A DNA stretch of 63,952 nucleotides, counting the filler, from Platydemus manokwari (taxonomy: Eukaryota): assembly GCA_037951405.1 (NCBI GenBank). It is 6 parts of 6 records of this genome, joined end to end, with 100 filler letters (N's around TTAATTAATTAA, not from the genome) between each part and the next. Parts side by side here need not be neighbours in the genome. Positions count along the whole stretch, not along the records: positions 54,388 to 63,952 come from JBBMOY011231432.1; 5 more parts are not named here. One strand, given 5' to 3'. This document shows, piece by piece, positions 55,940 through 63,952 of the stretch. Under the pieces are notes generated by a model, which had not been told where the DNA came from, ran no database searches, and saw only the letters and a list, made by a program, of their open reading frames with translations. The position numbers and the translations under genes are program-made. Position 1 is the stretch's first letter, and each line of letters starts with the position of its first letter.

Positions 55940-57055
55940 AAAAGTTCGTCACCATATAAAACATATATGGTTTCAGTAAAAAAAGAAAGATGGAGAAGTG
56001 CGGTTATGCGTAGACTACAGTGAGTTGAATAAGAAACGAAGCAGGATGTATTCCCACTGCCAAATATTAAGGAAATATTATAACAAGTTAGATTTAAATA
56101 AAGGATATAATCAGGTAAAAGTAACCTAGGGAGACATAGAGAAAACAGCTTTTTGTCTAGGAGAAGGGTTATACGAATATTTAAAGATGCCTTTTGGATT
56201 AACAGGAGCACCAGCAACGTTTTAACGACTTATAAATACGGTGTTAACAGATGTACCACATGCCATGATTTACATAGACGATATATTAGTCTATTCCGAA
56301 AACTTTGACGATCATATTATAGATGTAGGAAGAGTGTTTTTTAGGGTAAAGAAGTCGGAACTGAAAATAAAACCTACTAAATGTGAATTGGGCAAAACCA
56401 GGAAATATTCTTAGGAATGGCAGGATATTATAGAAGATTCCAGGAAAATTATGCACGTGTTGCTATGCAAATTTATGACTCTATGAAGAAAGCAGCAGAA
56501 GAATATAGACAAATGAGAAACAAAAAGGGAGTTGAAAAGGAGAAAGTTAAGGGAAAAGGAAAACGAAGTAAAACGGAAAGTATGTTAAAGATAAAGTGGG
56601 GAAAAGAGCAGCAACAGGAACGAAACTTAACGCAAGCACCAATATTAAGATATCAAAATATGGAGAAGCCGTTTATAATAATCACTGATGCAAGTGGAGG
56701 CGCACTTGGAGCCGTGTTAGGACAGTAAGACGAGGGAGAATCGGATCACGCAATAGCCTACGCCACCTACGCTGAAGGGAGAGGAAAAAAATTATTCAAC
56801 AATGGAAAGGAAATGTTTAGCAATAATATTTGCGTTAAAAGAATTCAGACAATATATATATATATATATTATGGAACGGAAATAATATTAAAAGCTGATC
56901 GCAAACCATTAGAGAGCCTCATGAAGCATAGATATACATGGACCAGACTAATAAAATGGGCACTTAAATTACAAGATCATAATATAAAAATAATGTACCG
57001 ATTAGGAAAATCAAACGCCAATGCAGATTCATTATCACGATTACCAGAATATTAG
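55940..57055 (+). pseudogene. Ty3/gypsy reverse transcriptase and RNase H (frameshifted)
   Basis: [47 protein letters not shown] (56271-56282), FLGMAGYYRRF, TDASGGALGAVLGQ, DRKPL..RLIKWALKLQ..NANADSLSR. Confidence 0.95.
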
Positions 57056-57249
57056 AAATAAGTGCGGTGGAAACTTTTGTAAAAAATATGTTGAAGTCAA
57101 CAGGGGAAAAAGACATCGAAGAGGCACAGATAAGAGATAGTAATTTGAAAAATATAAGGAGAAATATAATAAGAAGGCAAGAGAAAAGTAAAAAGACAGG
57201 AGTGGTTACGGATAATGAAATGATACCGGCAGGATACCAGATAACAGCA

Positions 57250-58536
57250 GATGGAATCATGAAATATCAAGATGAAGTAAATCTACTAACGGTGATACCA
57301 ACAGAAATGCAACAACATCTGTTGCTTGTGTATCATGATGGAGCATTAGGAGGGCATTTATCAAAGAAGAAGACCTTGGGGAAGATAAGGCAGAAATATT
57401 ATTGGGAAAATATGAATAAATATATAGAAGAATGGTGCAAACAATGCATTTTGTGTTCAACAAGAAGAAATCCATGAAGAAAAAGAAAAGTACCTCTAAA
57501 ATCAATACCGCCTGCAACAAGGCCAATGGAGTTATGTGCCATGGATGTCATGGGACCGCTACTAACAACAATTAAGGGGAATTAGTACATAATAGTCTTC
57601 TGTGATTATTTCACCAGAACAGCAGAAGCATTTGCAACAGAAAACCATAAGGCAGAGACCATAGCAAAAATTCTGATAGAAGAGATAACATTTAAGTACG
57701 GAGCACCAAGTAAGTTATTGACAGATAGGGGAAAAGATTTTTTGAGTAATGTTATACAAGAAACAACTAAATTATTTAAAATCAAGAAACTAAATACATC
57801 TCCATATCATCCACAAACGGATAGATTGGTGGAAATATTTAATCAGACTTTACAAAATATGTTATCTAATTTCGTAAGGCCATGTTTATTTGCGTATAAT
57901 ATGGCAGTAAATGAAACAACGGGATATTCACCATTTTATTTAATGCATTTAAAAGAAACATTTCTACCCATAGATTTAACCTATCTACCAGCGACATCAC
58001 AGTTAATGGAAGAACAGGAATACGTCAGAATAATGAAGGAAAGATGGAATAAAGTATACCAGAGGGTTCAGTTGAATAGCATGTATAGACAGGAGCAATA
58101 TAAGGACTACTATGACCAAAAAGCAAAGGTTCATAACTTCAAAATAGTGGATAAATTGAGAGTCTATGCACCAGAAGCGAAAAAGGGATTAACAGCGAAA
58201 TTACAACGACTATTTAAAAGACCATATAAGGTAGTAAAAGTCACCGATACAAACCTATATGTTATTAAAAATAGGAATGCGGATCCAACAGTAGTAAATA
58301 TAAATCGATGTAAGAAAGCAGAAGACATACCAGCATCGGAGTACAGAAATAAACTTCGACTAAACCCGAAAACAACTCAGAAAATTATGATGGCAATAGA
58401 AAATCAGGGAGAAGAAGATGAAGAAGAGCAATCATGGGATAAGGAGAATGTATGCAATGATCTAATAGAAGAGGAAGACAGGATAAGACGATTAGAAAAA
58501 CAATTAAGGGAATCACGATTAAAAAAAAAGAAGTAA
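57250..58536 (+). pseudogene. Integrase (HHCC zinc finger, DDE core, GPY/F-like motif) running into an acidic/coiled-coil tail
   Basis: YHDGALGGHL..QKYYW..CKQCILC, AMDVMGPL, TDRGKDF, TSPYHPQTDRLVE, FKRPYKVV. Confidence 0.95.
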
Positions 58537-59719
58537 ATAGATGAGATAGAGAGATATGCAGAGATGAAATAGAGATAGAGATGAAATAGAGAGATATGCA
58601 GAGGAAAGAGAGACAATAACAGGAAATGGAAAGAAAATATTAAAGGCCAGCCAAGTTGTAATAGAAGCAATGAGACACAAAATTGAGTGGAAAACAATAG
58701 ACAACGTCACACGAAACCTGATGGGTAATATGACAATAATAAGTGAAGAAAACACAACAACGACAGTAGGAAAAATAATGGAATCATCAGACAACCGCTG
58801 GAAAGAGAAAGTGAAAAGATATGAGGAAGAAGAAAGGGGAAAAGTAAAAGAGATACTGGAATGGGTTGATCCAACACCCATAGTGCCAAGAATGATAATA
58901 AAAGAACGGGAGCCGCCACAACGACTGTGGAGATTGATTCCGTAGGATGAGGAAGTAAGGGACAAGGAATCAATGGCGGTGAAGAGGTCGTATGAGCACA
59001 TGATACGACAACATTTAGAGGAAGAGCAGTTCCCTGTGAAGAAATGTCCGACAAAGTGACAGTGGATAGAAGAAGAATCAGGCCCTAACATGTTGGTGGA
59101 GCAGACGGAAGATATGGATTTGGGAATAGAAGGCATGGATGTAGATATCAGTAGCTCTAATGAAGAAGAGGATCTGGGATCTGTTAAAATGGAGCTGCGA
59201 ATACGAGGTAGCTATGAGGAAGGAGGAAGAAGAATCCAAATGGGAAAGGAAAACGAAGAAAGAAATGGAGAAGATACAGAGGAAGGTAGAAGAAATAAAA
59301 GAGAAAATGAGGGAGTTTGAGGAGAAAGCAAATGAAATAACAAATAAGTGGGATAGTGCGGAGGCACTACAAGGACGAATATGAGAGTTACAACAGGATC
59401 AGAAAGAAATGAAAGAGATGCATGAAGAGGCGAAGAAAATGGATGTAACAATAAGGAAATAAAATGAATGGGTAAGAGAAAGGAGGAAATGGAGGAAGAA
59501 ACAGAAGAAGAAGTCTTAGAAATAGACGAAAAAGAGGATTTCGAAATAAAGTTTGAAATGTGAACACCGCCACCCTCACCGAAAATAGGAAGAAAGGAAG
59601 GTGAAGAAATATTAACAATGGAGCTGCTGGAGGCCACTGCAGACGTGGACATAGATAACAGCATCCCATGTGCACACATTCTGCCAATCATCTTGAGGAT
59701 GAATAATAGAAAATCTGAA

Positions 59720-60192
59720 TTCCGTGGCAAGCCCTAAAGTAGTGCTGGGCATGCACCCCAAGTACACAACATATATACACGTAACAACACATGCATGACA
59801 ATCCCATATAAATACCCCTACATTTATAACAAAACACAAAGCACCAAAAGCCAAACATAATCCCTAAATATAATCCCAGTTAAAGCGCATTGACCCTGAG
59901 TGTGGACTGCTGCGATGAACAAATAAAAGAAAGAATTATCAAAAACAAACCTCAAAAACAAACAACTCAAGCTTGCAACCAAGTAACAATGTTCGACAAT
60001 AATCCGTGATGAATAAACAATAAACTTTCCATTTTGAATATACGTGATTGATAAACAATAGCAATAGACTTTCTGTTTGATAACATTTTCTGCTTAACAT
60101 TTTCTGCGCAAAAATAAACATTTTAGTCTTGAATATTGCAGTATTATTGAGTGTTTTATTTATTATTTTTATGTTAAAATCTGGCAGCGTAG
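59720..60192 (+). promoter_or_regulatory. Non-coding LTR-like interval with candidate TATA (59807-59814), AATAAA signals and PBS-like TGGCAGCGTAG (60182-60192)
   Basis: Only break in the A/G-biased coding composition of the element; TGG-starting motif ~70 nt before the ORF1 ATG; boundaries not defined. Confidence 0.45.
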
Positions 60193-60251
60193 AAGATGAA
60201 AGGTGCGGAGAGAGATGATGAATAAATGAGCAATAAATAATATAATTAATA

Positions 60252-62680
60252 ATGAGTAAATATATGGAGAAAGAAAAGAATAAGATAGTGGAAAAAATGG
60301 CAATATTTTTTAAGTTTGATGAATTACAGGATAATGCATATATAATAGATCAAGGTTTTTCACAGTATGAGCCAGATAATATGTGTGCAATAATTCACAC
60401 CAAGACAATGCCAAAACCACTAGTAAACAATCTGAAGCCAGGACAAAAAACATTGTATGGGGAGGAAGATGAAGCCCTCAACATATGCATGGTGAATAGT
60501 GAGCAAGAAATAAAGACAATGAGACAGAAAAGTGCTCGAGAAGAAATGGAGTTAGTCAAAGAAATACAAAGTAGCAGTAGCACTTATATTGGAAAATATT
60601 CCAGTAAAACCAGCTCTAACAATGCCGATAACTGAGAGAATATTGCCAAAAGTATTAAATGTGCCAGCAACGTCACCAGTATACGTCCCATCAAAAGTGG
60701 TAACGATGCAAGGACATGCTACAAGTAACAAGGATGTTGGATATTTAGGACAATATTTAGTCAATAGGGAAATTGACTATCAGGCCATGGACGAGTTTAA
60801 TAAAAGGAAAAAGACGAAACGTTGTGGAGGTCATGATCCACCAAGGAGAAGGATCAACAAGGGAGCCACGAAAAGCCAGGGCATTTTTTAAATGGAAGTC
60901 TTTGAGATTTCATAGGACAACCATTCCAGAGTTACCATTTACACATGATGTGAAATGGGGAGAATTACCTGTAACAAATAATAGACTTGCATCTAGTGGC
61001 AAGTCAGCCTAGATATCCACATGTGGAAAAATTAAGAATGTTGGAAACGGCGGAAATACGATTTATACTAAATTGAGCCAGATAGGAATGAGAATGGATA
61101 TCTCATGTACAATTATAAAACAAGAGTAAATAAGGAAGAATTATTTGTGGAAGGGAATTAATTAAAGGACTATGAATTATGAGGAAGACGAGTAAATTAT
61201 ATTTATAATGAGTTTGCCAGGAGACGTGGTAGTAGAAACAATGAAGGAATATATTAGACAAAATTTCTTAATGAGAGAACATGTCAATAAACTAAGCATT
61301 ACGCTTTATAATAAAGGAGTAAGACTGAGAAGTAGAGACCTATTAGAACAATACCATTTAAACCGTACAATTTTAGACAATTTAGGAGTTTTAATTAAGT
61401 ATAAAGAACCGGTTGAAAAAGAAATAAGGGAATTATATATAAATGCCAATCAAATAATAGAAGTGGATTTGGATGAAGAAGAAGTTACTCCAGTAACAAA
61501 GAGTAGTGAGGAGAAATCTCCGAAATCAGCAAACTCTAAATCAAGTGAGTTAAACTCCGACGAGGATTTTTTTAAAGGCATTGGGATTGAGAACGAAGAA
61601 AAGAGATAGTATAATGGATATGGTGGAAAGAATGCCAAAGAATCAGCTACAAAAGGAAATAGAAAAGAAATACTTATGTTTGGGGTGTATAGGAAAGCAA
61701 AAACATAAATGTCCAAATAAAGAAAGTATAGAAGAGAAAGCGGAACCACGAGAAGAAATAATCAAACAAATACAAGAAGAGCGAAAAGAGGCATTGGCAC
61801 TAGAAAACAGTAATAGCAAGGAGCAAGAAAGCATGTCAAGGAAAAAAATAGTATATCCATATAGGGAAGGAGAGTGTAATAAAACAATAGAAGAAGAGGA
61901 GGGCGCCATATTAGAGGAGATAAGTGATGAAGAAAAAGATGTAACAGAGCCACCAAGAGAAGAATTAGGAGAGGAAGAGTTGCTGGAAGTTCTGGGAGAA
62001 GAAAATCATGAAAGATATGATAATTATAAAGAACTATTCCAATATTTTGATCAAGAATTATTAAATGAAAGCCAACAAACACATACAGCACAGCAAACCA
62101 ATGCAGAAACCAAAGACAAAGGCGCAGCCACACGAAAACCTAGAGGTAGACCAGTAGGATCAACGAATAAAGCAAAAAATCCAGAACCGACAGGTTACCC
62201 GCAAATGGGGTAGAAGAAGTACCTGTGGAACAACTTTTCAGCATACATCAGGGAATACACTCAAAAAAGGAGACAAGGAAATAGAAAAGATGAGACAATA
62301 TTTGAGAGCAGTAAATAAATTACAATGTACGCTCAGCCGGAATGAACGGGAACAAGTAAATAGATTGAGTAAGCTAACAAAACCAATTAAAAATTCATTA
62401 AAAGAAATGCAACAATGCAATAACAAATAGGAGTTAAAAATAGTGAGGAAGTCATTAAATGAAGAAGAAAAGACAGTGTGGAAAATAGCGGTCACGCTAA
62501 AAACATTTAGTAATCACGTAGATATGGGTATAATAGACATAGACGAAGGAGCAGAAATATTATACGATGAATACGAAGATAGAGTAAACGAGTTAGGAGG
62601 ATGGACCCCAGTAGTTACCACGCAATTAAAAGGAATGAAAAAGCCAGAGCGTGAAAAACCAGTACAAGGAACAGGATTTA
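60252..62680 (+). pseudogene. ORF1 of the retroelement: long frameshifted protein of unknown function (Gag position) with Cys/His cluster, acidic tract and AT-hook
   Basis: Abutting + strand ORFs 60252-60635, 60589-60891, 60773-61012, 61208-61609, 61581-62213, 62443 onward; CLGCIGKQKHKC; RKPRGRPVGSTNK. Confidence 0.6.
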
Positions 62681-63875
62681 CTTTGGCAACAATAGTTCAG
62701 ACGCTATTCGCGATATACGTAATAAGCAATATATGGGGTGTGAATGCTGGAATTAGTGGATATGATTGTAGTAAACCACGGTGGGGGAAGAAATACTCTC
62801 TATTAGATATTGAACAATGCCCAGAGACATATCCAGTAAATATTACACAATCAAGACCAAAGAAAATGTTTGTGTATCAGGAATCTGAGTTTCTATTTGA
62901 AAAAGCAAGGGAATGTAAAATTACATATCAAGAAATGCTTTTCCATTGTTCATACAAGAGAGGAGGATACACGGCATGGTTGCCAGTGCCAGAAAAAGCC
63001 GCATTTGAGAATGAAATTTATAAATATCAAAAGGGATACAAGTAATAGTGTCACCAGGACGAATAAACAGATACACGGTAAATCAAGCAGGATGGTCTAG
63101 TAATGGGGGATATTGTGAAGGTGGAGATTACATGATAGATGGAAAGGTAGTAAAACACGTGGTGGCATATAGACATTATATTATAGAATTGCGAGAATAT
63201 CAAGCTACATTTGATGCAAAAACAAAGAAAATGACCACATGGACGCATTGCGAATATGATAATTCAACATGTGATATAAGTCATCCATACAAATGTCCAT
63301 TAAAGCTGCTCAAAAAGACGGAATTTAGAGAGATTAAGGGGAAAATATTTAAGGAAACTAAGTTCTCTAAGGAATAAAACTTGGATGCACCAACAGAGAC
63401 AGTAGAAATTAGGATGAAAGAAACACCAATAGTGTATATGGCCGATCGGACGAGTGGTGCTAAGAGGTTCGTTCACAAGGGAAAAGATAAGAAATGCGCA
63501 CAGCAGGTCATAGCGACAAATTATAAAGGCATACATCTGAGTAAGAACGAAATAAAAGATGCTAAGACAAATAGATAAACTGGATATCAAGTTATCCTAG
63601 TATTTTAACAACAAGCTTGACTACTTTTACCATCTCAATCAGGGGTATCTAGAGAAAATGTACATGGAAATGATGTTAAAATATTGTAAACTAAGGCTTA
63701 AGATGTTGCAAACACAGTTGGCATTGGCGGTGACAAATCCCGAACTTATAGCCCCGTTAATATTTGATGATAAGGGAACATTCGCTAGAGTAGTGGGAGA
63801 ATTCATTTATACCTTCCAGTGTAAAATATTAAACAACTTATTGGTCAGAAAACATGAATACTGTACCAACGATAT
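62680..63875 (+). pseudogene. Internal signal peptide plus N-terminal half of the chuvirus-G/gB-like glycoprotein
   Basis: TLATIVQTLFAIYVISNIWGVNAG then ISGYDC (GYDC 62758-62769)..YSLLDIEQC, ARECKITY..FHC, GGYCEGGDY, YFNNKLDYFYH, YCKLRLKMLQTQLALAVTNPELIA..GTFARVVGEFIYTFQC..EYCTND; two frameshifts and in-frame stops. Confidence 0.85.
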
Positions 63876-63952
63876 GGTGTACCGGTATGAAATGAGCGTT
63901 AAGATACAAATATGTTGGTAGGGAAGATTTGTTGTGAACAAGCCTTAATTTT
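63876..63952. mobile_element. Opposite end of the same mariner-like family (TIR lacking its first ~3 nt)
   Basis: GGTGTACCGGTATGAAATGAGCGTT (63876-63900) is the exact reverse complement of 54433-54457; internal sequence differs beyond the TIR. Confidence 0.8.

Larger units (their letters stand above)
54463..63875 (+). mobile_element. Degenerate envelope-carrying Ty3/gypsy-type retroelement, circularly permuted within its glycoprotein gene
   Basis: All ORFs on + strand with strong A/G bias; PR-RT-RH-IN order; glycoprotein C-half at the left end and N-half at the right end. Confidence 0.85.

Noticed and set aside
58404-62495. Ser/Phe/Leu-rich minus-strand ORFs across the retroelement
   Set aside because: Antisense shadows of A/G-rich plus-strand coding sequence.
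63873-63874. TA at 63873 as the exact target-site duplication partner of TA at 54461
   Set aside because: Joining there is out of frame and omits roughly 10 expected glycoprotein codons, and the TIR lacks its first bases; a junction deletion is more likely.

Overview
AT-rich eukaryotic (invertebrate, probably lophotrochozoan/flatworm-like; inference) genomic DNA. It is stitched from several contigs by 100-nt N spacers carrying a TTAATTAATTAA six-frame-stop linker, so adjacency across gaps is unreliable. Host genes: a two-exon CNBP (7 CCHC knuckles + RGG box), the last exon of a CaaX-ending Ras/Rab-family GTPase, a multi-exon Cys-rich single-pass membrane protein, an intronless C-terminal-motor kinesin-14, and two exons of a prohormone-4-like LDLa protein. 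Much of the rest is transposon debris: a NeSL-type non-LTR element with a Ulp1 protease, several Ty3/gypsy relics, a tRNA-derived SINE head and minisatellites. The standout is the last contig (54388-63952), a ~9.4-kb degenerate Ty3/gypsy-type retroelement carrying a chuvirus/gB-like (class III) fusion glycoprotein. The glycoprotein is split: its C-terminal half lies directly upstream of protease-RT-RNaseH-integrase and its N-terminal half lies at the far end. Both break points abut outward-facing mariner-like inverted repeats. Circularising the unit gives LTR-like region -> unknown ORF1 (no recognisable Gag; AT-hook, possible Ubl and Bcl-2-like motifs) -> internal signal peptide + glycoprotein -> pol. 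That places env before pol, possibly in one polyprotein. All family assignments are from motif recognition by eye; no database searches were run.
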